Below, piece after piece: positions 35,313 through 45,674 of a stretch of 64,000 bases of DNA. The notes beneath the pieces were generated by a model, which saw nothing but the letters and a program-made list of their open reading frames with translations, was not told the origin of the DNA and did no database searches. A program made the translations under genes and the position numbers. The DNA comes from a virus. Within the stretch, counting starts at the first letter, position 1. Each line of letters opens with the position of its first letter. The stretch is taken from positions 32,500-96,499 of the IMG/VR virus record IMGVR_UViG_3300037961_005428; one strand, written 5' to 3'.

Positions 35313-36485
35313 ATGGCAAGAAATTACCTACGCACAATCAACGACATGGAACGCTACTACTACGGCGCTGGCTCCAACATGGGCTTCGCTTACTCCGGTA
35401 GCGAACTTTTGAAGGCAGACGCACCAATGTTGTCCACCACGGCTGGTACCTACCAAGCCATCTACGGACGCAAAGTTTGGTCGCAGTTGAACCAAGAGTT
35501 CAACGCCTTCTCCATTCTTCCAAAGAAGCCTTGGGACCGAAGCGGATGGCGTGTTGTCACGGCTCGCCCCGACTCTTCCAAGGGCGGCGGCATCGCTGAG
35601 AACGGCACTCTGCCCGACACGACCAAGCCAACCTTCCAAAACATCGCTGCAAAGCCAAAGACCATCGCTCACACCTTTGACATGAGCGAGATGGCCATTT
35701 TCCTTAACGACAAGGACGACGGCCTTGGCGACATCCGTTCCATCCTCAAGGAAGAAATGGGTAAGCACCACGCAGAGGAAATCAACAAAATGCTCACGCA
35801 GGATGTTGACACCCCTGCCGGCAACGACTACGAGTCCTTGGACCGTATCACCTGTGGCGCTCTTGAAACGGGTGCTAACACTGCCGACAAAATGCGATTT
35901 GACAGCAGCGGTACCACCTACGGCAACCTCACTGACGCTGACATCTACAGCATTGACCGCAACGCTGCGGCCAACTCTTGGTCCGAAGCCGAGGTCAGCA
36001 CCTCCGGTACCAAGGGTACCAACCGTGTGCTCAGTCTTGACCACCTTGACGACATTTTCCGCAAGATTTGGGTCCGTGGTGGCAACCCCAAGGTTATCCT
36101 TACGGGCTACGACACCTTGATGCGAATCCAACAACTCCTCCAAGCACAACAGCGATTCATGGAAGAGAAGCGAGTCACCCCTACCTTCAACGGTGTGAAG
36201 GGTGTTCCCGGTATTGAGGCTGGTTTTATCGTCGCTACCTACAACGGTGTCCCAATCATTCCTTCCAAGGATGTGGAGTCCGACGGTATCAGCCGTATGT
36301 ACTTCCTTGACACGGACTACCTGCACTTTAGTGTGGCTAAGCCAACGCAATACTACGAATCCGGAATTGAAACCGGTGACCCATTCGCCATCAACCGCCT
36401 CGGTCAAGAGGGATTGTACCGAACCATGGGTGAGGTATGGACGACTTTCTTTGGAGGCCACGGCTCAATCCGAGACTTGGAGTGA
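35313..36485 (+). CDS. Major capsid protein (HK97 fold)
   Basis: 390 aa directly after protease; TYNGVPIIPS, MYFLD; biased codon usage. Confidence 0.9.
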   Translation: MARNYLRTINDMERYYYGAGSNMGFAYSGSELLKADAPMLSTTAGTYQAIYGRKVWSQLNQEFNAFSILPKKPWDRSGWRVVTARPDSSKGGGIAENGTLPDTTKPTFQNIAAKPKTIAHTFDMSEMAIFLNDKDDGLGDIRSILKEEMGKHHAEEINKMLTQDVDTPAGNDYESLDRITCGALETGANTADKMRFDSSGTTYGNLTDADIYSIDRNAAANSWSEAEVSTSGTKGTNRVLSLDHLDDIFRKIWVRGGNPKVILTGYDTLMRIQQLLQAQQRFMEEKRVTPTFNGVKGVPGIEAGFIVATYNGVPIIPSKDVESDGISRMYFLDTDYLHFSVAKPTQYYESGIETGDPFAINRLGQEGLYRTMGEVWTTFFGGHGSIRDLE

Positions 36486-36520
36486 TGGAGAAACTGAAAA
36501 AAACATGGAGATGATGAAAA

Positions 36521-36928
36521 ATGGCAGTAACATTTACACGAACAACTGGCTCGGCAGGAGTCATGACAGTAGACTTTGAATTGGACCTTTACGCAGGCGC
36601 TCTCGTTGATGGCACGGATTGGTTGAAGGGTGCCGCTGGCGGCACTTATCCCGGTACCTTGACCGGCTTCCAAGCCACCAACGACGATACGACCAACACG
36701 GCTGGCCGTGGACTCAAAATGGTCGTGGGAACTTGTACCTTGGTTCAAAACAACAATGAATTTACTGTTGGTGGCGATGCTGACACAGTTCACGCAATCG
36801 TTATCGGCGGCTCCGGTGTGGCAGCAACCTCTTGTTCAGTGGACGCTGGACTTGGTACTGGTGTCATTACCTTTGCTTGCGAAGGTAACTTGACTGGTAG
36901 CACTGGATTCATGGCAATTGTGTCGTGA
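36521..36928 (+). CDS. Putative capsid decoration protein
   Basis: Gly/Thr-rich beta protein after MCP. Confidence 0.55.
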   Translation: MAVTFTRTTGSAGVMTVDFELDLYAGALVDGTDWLKGAAGGTYPGTLTGFQATNDDTTNTAGRGLKMVVGTCTLVQNNNEFTVGGDADTVHAIVIGGSGVAATSCSVDAGLGTGVITFACEGNLTGSTGFMAIVS

Positions 36929-36939
36929 GGTGAATAACC

Positions 36940-37326
36940 TTGCCCACGATTACGGCACTTGGACCCTTCTTTGAGAAGCGAGTCCCCGGCATGAAGCGAG
37001 TGGTTATCCCTCGCCATCAGCCATTGGAAGTGTCTCAAGAATACCTTGACGCTAACCGGCACCTCTTGAACAAGAAGTGGTGGCGGATTGAAGGCGACGC
37101 AGGCATTACAGTTGACGAAGGCGACGACGGCGTCCCCGACGCTGGCTGGACCAAGAAGGACATTACGGCATGGATGAAAGAGAAGGGACTTGAAGTCGGC
37201 GGCTACGCCACCAAGGCCACTCTCCTCAAATCTGTCAATGCTTTCTTAAACCCGGAACCCGTAGCCGAACCAACAGCCGAAGTTCTTGAAGAAGCAGAGG
37301 CAGAAACCCCAACAGGAGATGAATAA
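36940..37326 (+). CDS. Small protein with HeH/SAP-like motif
   Basis: WTKKDITAWMKEKGL...TKATLL. Confidence 0.6.
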   Translation: MPTITALGPFFEKRVPGMKRVVIPRHQPLEVSQEYLDANRHLLNKKWWRIEGDAGITVDEGDDGVPDAGWTKKDITAWMKEKGLEVGGYATKATLLKSVNAFLNPEPVAEPTAEVLEEAEAETPTGDE

Positions 37327-37328
37327 AT

Positions 37329-37640
37329 ATGGCAGTGACAATTGACCCCCGACCAACCTACTTTGGCGACCGAATCGTCGTGACCGGCTCTTACGAAGCC
37401 GCAGACACGAGCATTGACTTGAGCAGTTTGATGACCAGCATTGACTTTGCTGACATCAACCCCACTGCGGCTATGGCACCACTCAACCTTGAGGTTGGTA
37501 CAGATGCCGGTGCTGGTGACGCTACTCCAATGACCTTCCGAAACTTCGCAACGGTGTCCGGTACGACGATTACCATCAACAAGGTGGAAGCCACTCAAAC
37601 CGCCATTGGTGGAACTTTCTTCGCTATTGGTCGCCGATGA
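37329..37640 (+). CDS. Putative minor structural protein
   Basis: Beta-rich, MAVT start like 36521. Confidence 0.6.
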   Translation: MAVTIDPRPTYFGDRIVVTGSYEAADTSIDLSSLMTSIDFADINPTAAMAPLNLEVGTDAGAGDATPMTFRNFATVSGTTITINKVEATQTAIGGTFFAIGRR

Positions 37641-37650
37641 GGTGGCTTAC

Positions 37651-37824
37651 ATGGCAAAGAGCGTCACTATCCTTGGTCCCTACGCCCCAAGAGACTTTCA
37701 AGACTCTACGGCTAAGACGACCATTGAGACGGCTATCAGCACAGCGATTGGTTCTAACACCTGCGTGTCAGCAGACCCGCACATGATTCTTGGGAATGTC
37801 TTCATATTCGTGACTACCAGTTGA
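37651..37824 (+). CDS. Small hypothetical protein
   Basis: ATG 37651 after GAGGTG SD. Confidence 0.6.
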   Translation: MAKSVTILGPYAPRDFQDSTAKTTIETAISTAIGSNTCVSADPHMILGNVFIFVTTS

Positions 37825-37825
37825 G

Positions 37826-38116
37826 GTGGTTATGATGGACGAAGCGACCATTGGTCTTGACGAAGTAGAGCGCCTTGAGAAGCGAGGCATCCGCTTTGCT
37901 GAACGCTTTGGCGTCGGCTCGGTTCACAACACGGAGCGCCCTCTTGAGGGTATCACCTCCAAGCAACGCATCCGCACACGCAAGACTGGCGATGTTTTGA
38001 ACATCGGTGCAGGCACTCGCTGTACGGACTGTGGCATGCTCTACTTCTGCTGGGTTGACAAGTGCAGAACCTGTGGCAAGCAAATGGATTATAACTTAGG
38101 GGAACATGGTGAGTGA
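37826..38116 (+). CDS. Zinc-ribbon protein
   Basis: CTDCG...CRTCG. Confidence 0.7.
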   Translation: MVMMDEATIGLDEVERLEKRGIRFAERFGVGSVHNTERPLEGITSKQRIRTRKTGDVLNIGAGTRCTDCGMLYFCWVDKCRTCGKQMDYNLGEHGE

Positions 38117-40535
38117 TATGGGACGAGTCCTCGTTCGGAAAGCAGAAGGCGATAGGAAGCGTGGCAACTTGCCCAAGCCTATATCCGAGATGACGGACGA
38201 AGAGCGAGAGAAGTTCGGACTCCCTTCACGGGCAGCACAGCGCAGTGGCAAAGCACTCAACATTCGTGGTCGCAAAGGCGTCACTAATATTCCTCAAGCA
38301 CCTCGTGAAGAGCGTGGTGAGGGCCGCTCTGCTGAGAACAGAGTGACTAACATCCCCGAAGCCCTCCAAATGAACCCCAAAACAGGCGCAGTGCGTGTAA
38401 AAGAAGGGTTTGAAGGATTCAGTGAAGAAGAAATTCAACAAGCGGCTGAGGACTACGCTCGCCGCCAAGAAGAAATGGGTCCTGCTATCCGTGGACGCCA
38501 GCGAGAAGCCTTTGAAGAAACTGATGAAGACGAGCGCACAGAGCGAGATGTCGGTGCCAGTTTCCGAGCGGGCCTTCAATCAAAACGCAAAACCATGTTT
38601 GGGCAAATAGACCCCGAAACAGGTAAGCCCCGAGAAAAGGGCTTCGTGTCCCAAAACATCCAAGCCGGCGACGAAGGTGCTGGGCTTGGCAACATTGGGC
38701 GTTTGTACGACCCCTACGGAACTCACCCTGCCTTTAAGACCGGAAGAGGCGAAAGTAGGCAACCGACAGAAGAAATCCCAATCCGCAAATTCCTTAACTG
38801 GATGCTCACTAACAGGAGTAGGCAATTCCAAGAACTGTTTGGGGCCAATCCCGAAACAATTGTGTCAGCAGGACGAAGCGGGGGCGGGGGCGGTGAAATG
38901 CGAGATATGCTCATCGCACAAGCCTTGGCCAGCATCCGACAGGACCCCAGCAAATTCCAGCAAGCAGTAAACAATGAACAACTTGAACTCAGCGTCACTG
39001 ATGACAGCATGGGCGCACTCGGCTCCACACGAGCCGACTTGAGTGACATGGAGTCTATTAACGACCTCGCACGAACTCTGCGACTCAGTCAGCCCGGTGC
39101 AGTGATGTTCCAACAACTGGACAGGATGCTACAAGAGCAAGGGCTTCGTATGACGCCCGAGGCTCAGCGAGACTTAGTGGCGGCTGCTAATCCCGGCAGT
39201 TTCGCCGAAGTTCAGCCTATGATGGACAATGTCATGCAAGACGCTATGCAGCAGGCTACGCCTATCACTACGGGTACGGCTGGCATCGCCCCCGAACTCG
39301 TAGGGCGAGGCAAGGAGATTTTCATTGACGCTCCCGAAGTGCGCCCCAGTCCTCAAGAGCGGGACCCCAAAGTCACGGCTCAGCAGCGCATGGACATGCA
39401 ATTGCAGAACGAGTTCCAAACCTTGGTTGACCGAGGGATGGCTACCGACGAAATGGATGACGAAGGTAAGAGGACGATGTTTGAAAAGTTCAAAGCCGCC
39501 GTTGAGCAATCCATTGACAATCAAACCGCCCAAGTGTCCGATATGCGACGACAGATGGCAGAAGCAGAAATTGCCCGAAACCCGCTTGCTCGCACTCGGG
39601 TTGACATTCAACAGGCTCTTGCAGGCGAAATGGACGAGGGGTTAATGAATCGGATGGCCAGTGAAGCCATGGCGAACGCTCTTGAACAGGCGACCCTCCG
39701 AGCCGAAGGCGGCGAGTTCTTGAGCGAGATGGACCAAATCTACGGCGACCGAGCGTTTGAGCAACTGGACATGGGTCGCCGTGATATGCAGCAGCGGGCT
39801 GACCTTGAAGCAGCGCCTTTGATGACGAGAATCAGCGACCTCAAATACAAACTGCGTCAACTGGACATGCTCCCCGAGCGAGAAAAGCCCGCTGACTATC
39901 GTGAACAAATGGCTCGTATGCAAGGTGCTATTGACAAGTTGCAGGCTGAACTTGACACGAAGTTTGACGCTACTGCTGTGCGACCGACCGAAGAGCGACA
40001 ACGGCCGGGTATGGGCGAAATGACCCCCAGTATGAAGCGAACTGAGTATGCTTTCCGAGAAGGTCAAAACATACCCGTGGCAGGTAAGGATGTGCAAACC
40101 TTGGGTCGCAGAGGGGACCAGTCTCCAGCACCTGTTCAAATCCCCGGCATGGGCGGCGAGCAAACGGACAGCCGACTTGACCGCACCATCCCCGAAAGCC
40201 AAGACAAAATCCGAGGCGAACGCCGGCAGGCAAGGAACCGCCGAGAATCCGGTCAACCCGTTCGTGGTGCTCCGGACTTTTCACAACTTACGCAGGAAGA
40301 ACTTGAGGAGATGCTGATGGGCGGCGGCGCACCAGCGCCCGGAGCACCCGAGCCCGCAGCGACGGCTGAGTCGGCTACACCACCTGCCAACATGAACTTC
40401 TTGCAGCGACTTCAAGCAGGCGTCGGCGCACTTGACGACGATGATGACGAAGTCCAAACCGGGCAGTGGATGTCCGTTGGCGAGCAGTTGCTCAAGGGTA
40501 TTCAAGACGACATGCGGCGATTTGGCCTTTGGTGA
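38106..40535 (+). CDS. Large helical, charged protein; possible internal or ejection protein
   Basis: VLVRK|A at N-terminus, EQLLK|G at C-terminus; M/Q/E/R-rich. Confidence 0.75.
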   Translation: MVSDMGRVLVRKAEGDRKRGNLPKPISEMTDEEREKFGLPSRAAQRSGKALNIRGRKGVTNIPQAPREERGEGRSAENRVTNIPEALQMNPKTGAVRVKEGFEGFSEEEIQQAAEDYARRQEEMGPAIRGRQREAFEETDEDERTERDVGASFRAGLQSKRKTMFGQIDPETGKPREKGFVSQNIQAGDEGAGLGNIGRLYDPYGTHPAFKTGRGESRQPTEEIPIRKFLNWMLTNRSRQFQELFGANPETIVSAGRSGGGGGEMRDMLIAQALASIRQDPSKFQQAVNNEQLELSVTDDSMGALGSTRADLSDMESINDLARTLRLSQPGAVMFQQLDRMLQEQGLRMTPEAQRDLVAAANPGSFAEVQPMMDNVMQDAMQQATPITTGTAGIAPELVGRGKEIFIDAPEVRPSPQERDPKVTAQQRMDMQLQNEFQTLVDRGMATDEMDDEGKRTMFEKFKAAVEQSIDNQTAQVSDMRRQMAEAEIARNPLARTRVDIQQALAGEMDEGLMNRMASEAMANALEQATLRAEGGEFLSEMDQIYGDRAFEQLDMGRRDMQQRADLEAAPLMTRISDLKYKLRQLDMLPEREKPADYREQMARMQGAIDKLQAELDTKFDATAVRPTEERQRPGMGEMTPSMKRTEYAFREGQNIPVAGKDVQTLGRRGDQSPAPVQIPGMGGEQTDSRLDRTIPESQDKIRGERRQARNRRESGQPVRGAPDFSQLTQEELEEMLMGGGAPAPGAPEPAATAESATPPANMNFLQRLQAGVGALDDDDDEVQTGQWMSVGEQLLKGIQDDMRRFGLW

Positions 40536-40548
40536 GGGAGGAGTATGA

Positions 40549-42444
40549 ATGCCTGTAGTGTTCAGCCCCGGTGAGCCCGAAACACGGCCACTCCGTCCTA
40601 CCGAGATTGTTTACACGACGGCGCAGAAAGTTGCTGACCTCCTTGGCATCGGTCCAAGTGAAGAGGTATTAGTGGCTGCTGATTCACCTACACCAATAGG
40701 TGAAAACAGAAAAGTCATAATAACAGGTGCTGATTATCGTAATCATGGCTTTGAAGTAGGCGATACAATTTATGTGTATAGCGACAATGACCCGCTCGGA
40801 TTCAACGCTACGATTGACTCTATTTCTTCTTTAAGCACTGGTGTCGTACTTACCTTTGACGACAGTTATACCGCTGGAAAGTCGCACACTGATTACACTG
40901 TAGCCCTCAACACCTATGTTCAAAACCAAGCATCGTTCACGAACGGTAAAACGCGTGGTGTCAAGCGCAGCCATGTGGAGCAGCGCATCAAAGAGGTTCA
41001 AGACCGCATTGACAATGTGACGCATAACGCTTGGCGACCCTACCTCGTGGCGGCAGAATACCTTAACTTTGACACCTACAAGCCCTATCGCCGCCGATAC
41101 TTCACGGACTATGTCGGTACGACTCCACTTCTTTTCCGCAACATTCAGCAGATTTTACGCCTTGAGATGTGGCAGGGTGAGAACTATCGTGAGATTGGCT
41201 CAGCCGAGACTCGCCTTGAAATCGTTGACCACGAAGGACTTGCTAGCGATTCCGTCTACTTTGCCATCGGCAACGGCTCCATCGCCACACTGAGCGTCGG
41301 CACAGGAACTACAAACTGGCGGGCTGACTTTGACAAAGTGTCCACGGCACAGAACCTCGCTGACCTCATCAACAAAGAGGACCGTGTGAGCAAGGCGGCT
41401 GTAGAGTTCAGCCCCACTTTTACTTTGGAAGGCTCTACATCCAACATCGCCGTCCACAACGAAGTGCTCGCCAGCGCCAATGCTGACTACGGTAACGGCA
41501 AACTCAAACTCACCAGCATGCGACAAACCAAAGGTGGCGAAGCATTGCAGATTGCTTCTACCGATTTGTCAAACATGGTCGTCTCGGATAACGCCAGTCG
41601 CTCGGCAAAGACGGCAAATACAAACCGTGATACGGGGCTTCAAGTCGCTTCTTATACCGACTACGCTCTCGCCTCGGAGCCAAACACAGAAATCACTTTA
41701 CACAGTGGTGCGGCAAATCCTACTACCGTACTTGAAGTGGGGGATGTGCTTTACAATTCCGCCGGACAGTCCATTGGTACAGTTAAACTCATGGGCGGCT
41801 CTGCCGGTGCTTATGTCATCGCTACTACAGCCCTCATAGCCACCGAAGACAGAATACCGGTTGGTCAAAACATCTACAGGACCAGCACCCGTGTCCTTGG
41901 TAGCACCACATTCTCAGTAGATTCTACCAGCACTTTCCCATCCAAAGGGCTGTTGATGATTGTCAATGGCGCTTCCACGCGTGTGTTTTCCTACACCGGT
42001 AAAACAGACACAACCTTCACAGGTGTTGCTGTCGTCGGCGGAGGAGCGAACCTCACACAGTTGGACACGGCTGGTACAGAGTTGACTCAATACTACTTCC
42101 AGTCGGACATCGGTGCGTTTTCGGATGCTGGTGGTGACCAAGCCCGCCTCAAAGACTGGTGGCTTGACTCCGAGATGGGTATTATTTACTTCAACAACTC
42201 CTACCCGTTCTTTGAGTTCAACGCTATCAAGGTGTCCTACATTTACGGTGAGCGTTATGTGGAGCAGGCTATTGAAGAGGCGGCTACAAAACTGGTGGCT
42301 GTGGACCTCCTCATGGCAGACGACCGCTCAGTCCTCATCCCCGAAGGAAGTGAAAATATCCCGTTGACTCAAAAGGCCACAATGTGGAAGCAAGAGGCTG
42401 AGGCTATTTTGCGCCGTTACATTGAGGTTGTTGTGTTTGAGTGA
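40549..42444 (+). CDS. Head-tail adaptor with large beta-rich insertions
   Basis: YTTAQKVADLL N-terminus; IKVSYIYG...IEEAATKLVA...AILRRY C-terminus. Confidence 0.7.
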   Translation: MPVVFSPGEPETRPLRPTEIVYTTAQKVADLLGIGPSEEVLVAADSPTPIGENRKVIITGADYRNHGFEVGDTIYVYSDNDPLGFNATIDSISSLSTGVVLTFDDSYTAGKSHTDYTVALNTYVQNQASFTNGKTRGVKRSHVEQRIKEVQDRIDNVTHNAWRPYLVAAEYLNFDTYKPYRRRYFTDYVGTTPLLFRNIQQILRLEMWQGENYREIGSAETRLEIVDHEGLASDSVYFAIGNGSIATLSVGTGTTNWRADFDKVSTAQNLADLINKEDRVSKAAVEFSPTFTLEGSTSNIAVHNEVLASANADYGNGKLKLTSMRQTKGGEALQIASTDLSNMVVSDNASRSAKTANTNRDTGLQVASYTDYALASEPNTEITLHSGAANPTTVLEVGDVLYNSAGQSIGTVKLMGGSAGAYVIATTALIATEDRIPVGQNIYRTSTRVLGSTTFSVDSTSTFPSKGLLMIVNGASTRVFSYTGKTDTTFTGVAVVGGGANLTQLDTAGTELTQYYFQSDIGAFSDAGGDQARLKDWWLDSEMGIIYFNNSYPFFEFNAIKVSYIYGERYVEQAIEEAATKLVAVDLLMADDRSVLIPEGSENIPLTQKATMWKQEAEAILRRYIEVVVFE

Positions 42445-42453
42445 GGTGGGCAC

Positions 42454-42894
42454 ATGGTAAAAGAGGCCGTTGACCTTGTGCTTGAAACGCTACGGAAATG
42501 GAACCGGGCGAACACCAATAACATCAAACCAGTGATTGAGCACATTGCTTCGGTCAAGCCGGAGCGAGGTAAGCGTTCGGACCTCCAGCGTTCCGATTTT
42601 GTATTTGCTTACGAAACAGCCCACAACGAGGATGTTCCCGACCTGCTTTACAACTTCGTTATGACTCGTATCAACATCACAGTTGATGTACGCACGGCTA
42701 AAAGCCACTCACATTTGCAGTCCTTGGAGAACGAAATTCGTAGATTGGTTCATGTTGACCGCAAGGGTGATGGTGTCAACTATGACCGCATGATATTCAA
42801 GACGAGGACGGATTTGAGTGACAGGACCAAGCGACTGTTTCGCCACACCTTTCAAGTAGAGGTGGTTGTGTTAGCAGACCCAGTGGGGGTGTGA
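42454..42894 (+). CDS. Putative tail terminator/completion protein
   Basis: Size, position before tail tube, ITVDVRT strand. Confidence 0.55.
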   Translation: MVKEAVDLVLETLRKWNRANTNNIKPVIEHIASVKPERGKRSDLQRSDFVFAYETAHNEDVPDLLYNFVMTRINITVDVRTAKSHSHLQSLENEIRRLVHVDRKGDGVNYDRMIFKTRTDLSDRTKRLFRHTFQVEVVVLADPVGV

Positions 42895-42897
42895 TGA

Positions 42898-44931
42898 ATG
42901 GCGGCGAGTCAAGCGTACAAAGGTGATGTCTCGGAAGTTCTCATGGGCCATGAGACAGGTATCTACATCCAGCATGGCGAGCCCTGCACTTGGTCGGCGA
43001 CATGGACAGCCAGCAATCCGGACTACACCGAGATAACCTTTGTTGGCACTTCGCACAACAACAACAACACTATTTTTGAAAATTCTAAACCAATCCTCAA
43101 AGTGCCACTCGGTATGCTCATTGGCCAGCAGTTGACCTTTCACAAGGCTGGTTCGTCCAATAACAATTTTTCCAATTTCTACAACGATGGGTTCAACAGT
43201 CGTGTCTACCGAATCGTAGACCACACTGTAGGAAGCACCACCACCCAACTCAAAATTGTCCCTCCTCTTGAGCATGCTACGAGCCGAGTTAGCGGTACGG
43301 GCGACGCTTTGTTCATTCATTCTCTTGGTATGCCGACTTTGAGTGCGTCCGATTTTGTTCATCACGCCAATGCCGCATCGTCAAAAGAAGTGTCAACCAT
43401 TGACCAGTTCATTGGATTGGCCTCGCACATGGTCTTGCCCGACACGACAGTGGAATTGCTCAAGCACCATGTCGTTGGCCTCGGCCGCCAACCTGCTATT
43501 CAGCAACCCGGTAAAGTTCACCATCAAGGCGGTCAAGTAGAGATGCCTTTGCACAGTCCTCGTTGGCTCTATTACAGTCTTGGTCGTGAAGTCGTGGATG
43601 CTGCCACCATGATTGGGACGCACGGTTACGATAAGGCTGGGATTTTGCGTGGCCCCATTACCCCCGGTCAAACTTATGCAGATGTAGGCAGCCTTACATT
43701 TGGGGGCGACCATACCCTTGCTGTCGGTGACTATGTTTTGTTCCCCGACACCACTCTTGTTCCAACAGTCTACTACAAGGCTGTGGAAGGCTCGTCCTCC
43801 CAATACTGGCCTTCGTCGGATTCATCGTCTACGCTCACCAGCGACAGCCATCACTTTGACCAAGCCCGCTCAAGTGAGATTCGTCGGGTTGTGGCTATTG
43901 AGGAAGTTAGCAGTGACTACCGACTATTCCTTGACGACCCTATCTACTACCAGCATGAAACGACCGATGGCATACAGGCTTTTCGTTTTGCTTCGGACGC
44001 TTCAACGGGCAGCCCGCATGTGGATGCAAATGGGCGTATTGACAACCCTGTTCACCGCCTGCTATTCTCGGCAGAAACAGTCCCTTCATTCTGCATTGAA
44101 CACAGTATTCGTAACCGAGATGTAGGGTCATTCAATGGCGCAAGTGAAAGCAGTAACACGCCCGGTTCGTCCACTGACTCCAAACAGTTGACGCGTATTT
44201 TCCGAGGCTGTAAGGTTGTAGAGTGGGAACTGACGGCGACGACTGATGCAGAGGTCAAGTATCGTTGCATTTTCAACGCTCTTTCGTGCTATACTGATAC
44301 AGGGCGACTAGACGCTTCTAATCCCGGTGACCGATACACAGCGCACCGCATGTTCCAAAACACAGCCTCGGACGCAAAGGGGCGCAAAGAATCGGGTATT
44401 GCACTTGGTTCGGAAAAGCCGTTTATGTTTTACAACGGCACCATCACGGCCTTTGACCAAAACATTGGCTATGTCTCCACCTTTGAATTGCGTGGTAAGA
44501 CTGGTGTAGAAACTTTCCACACCATTGGTGGTACACCCGTGCCCGAAACAGTTGACAGCGCAAAGCGCTCAACCAAGCAAGTCCCGTATGGTGGCACTCG
44601 TAACGCATCGGTCATTCGGGAAGGTCGTGAAGAGTTTGAATTGGAAATGGACATCATCATCCGTGACCCGTTGCTGTGGCACGAGTTGCGCACACACCGA
44701 GAGGTGGGTGGTACAGTAAACTCGGATGCGTCCATCATTGAAATGGTGTTTACGAAGCCGAGCACAGGTACAGACAATTCCGCACAACTGATGCGCATTC
44801 TCATTGATGATTATGTCATTACACAGGCCCCTATCCCTGTACCGGACGACAAGGGCCTGCTGCATTCTCGTGTCATGATTCATCCAAAGAACATCAAGGT
44901 CATTAGCACCGACACCCTTTTCCACTGTTGA
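42898..44931 (+). CDS. Tail tube (major tail) protein with insertions
   Basis: PSFCIEH...RIFRGCKVVEWEL motif; position before chaperone. Confidence 0.7.
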   Translation: MAASQAYKGDVSEVLMGHETGIYIQHGEPCTWSATWTASNPDYTEITFVGTSHNNNNTIFENSKPILKVPLGMLIGQQLTFHKAGSSNNNFSNFYNDGFNSRVYRIVDHTVGSTTTQLKIVPPLEHATSRVSGTGDALFIHSLGMPTLSASDFVHHANAASSKEVSTIDQFIGLASHMVLPDTTVELLKHHVVGLGRQPAIQQPGKVHHQGGQVEMPLHSPRWLYYSLGREVVDAATMIGTHGYDKAGILRGPITPGQTYADVGSLTFGGDHTLAVGDYVLFPDTTLVPTVYYKAVEGSSSQYWPSSDSSSTLTSDSHHFDQARSSEIRRVVAIEEVSSDYRLFLDDPIYYQHETTDGIQAFRFASDASTGSPHVDANGRIDNPVHRLLFSAETVPSFCIEHSIRNRDVGSFNGASESSNTPGSSTDSKQLTRIFRGCKVVEWELTATTDAEVKYRCIFNALSCYTDTGRLDASNPGDRYTAHRMFQNTASDAKGRKESGIALGSEKPFMFYNGTITAFDQNIGYVSTFELRGKTGVETFHTIGGTPVPETVDSAKRSTKQVPYGGTRNASVIREGREEFELEMDIIIRDPLLWHELRTHREVGGTVNSDASIIEMVFTKPSTGTDNSAQLMRILIDDYVITQAPIPVPDDKGLLHSRVMIHPKNIKVISTDTLFHC

Positions 44932-45176
44932 GTGATACCATGCCTATGAAACGCCCTTCACGACTGCACCCTCGTTCGGAGGACGGGGACGAGGCTGTCG
45001 TTAAGGATGAACTATTCAACCCCGAAGCAGGCCGTGCTTCGGATGACCCATTTGGAGAGCACATCGCCCCCTCGGAAGAGCAGGCGACAGACTCTCAAGA
45101 GGACCCCTCGGAAGAGGCTGCCTCAAACGACGAAGTGAGTGAGTATGACGAGGAAGACCAAGACGACAAAAATTGA
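44928..45176 (+). CDS. Small acidic protein
   Basis: D/E-rich ORF. Confidence 0.55.
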   Translation: MSDTMPMKRPSRLHPRSEDGDEAVVKDELFNPEAGRASDDPFGEHIAPSEEQATDSQEDPSEEAASNDEVSEYDEEDQDDKN

Positions 45177-45441
45177 CATTGATGGAGAGACTGTGGAGGT
45201 CGGTGTTCGTGAGCCGACTTTCTTTGAGGTTCAGTCACTCGCAACATTGTTTTCTGCACCCGAGTTCAATCTCGTTCAATACTGGCTCACCGCATTTGAC
45301 ATGTGGCTTGATGTCCCCAACGACATTTCTTTCAAGGATTTGACCATCACAGAAGGTATGGCATTAAGAAAACTGGTGCCGCATCCCGACCAAGTTGTAG
45401 AGTGGCTCAGTTTTCGGGAGGCGAAGTCAGCGCCGTTGTAG
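45139..45441 (+). CDS. Tail assembly chaperone (gpG-like)
   Basis: IDIDGETVEVGVREPT; position after tail tube. Confidence 0.6.
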   Translation: MSMTRKTKTTKIDIDGETVEVGVREPTFFEVQSLATLFSAPEFNLVQYWLTAFDMWLDVPNDISFKDLTITEGMALRKLVPHPDQVVEWLSFREAKSAPL

Positions 45442-45668
45442 ACTTTATAACGGGTAAACAAACGACCGACTGGCTTCGCTTACAAAGAGAAGGAAATGAA
45501 TATCTGTTGATGACACATTACAGTATGGGATTGAAAGAGGTGAGAGAACTGGGACCACAGGATGCACGACAACTGCTTGCTTGGGCAGTGGCGATGAGGA
45601 AAAAGCAAGAAGCACAACGAGATGATGCAGTTTACTTGGGCTACGATTATGTGCCCCCGCTGGAGTGA
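45402..45668 (+). CDS. -1 frame extension of the chaperone (gpT-like)
   Basis: Overlaps the chaperone end in the -1 frame at TTTTC 45411-45415. Confidence 0.55.
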   Translation: MAQFSGGEVSAVVDFITGKQTTDWLRLQREGNEYLLMTHYSMGLKEVRELGPQDARQLLAWAVAMRKKQEAQRDDAVYLGYDYVPPLE

Positions 45669-45674
45669 TGGACC

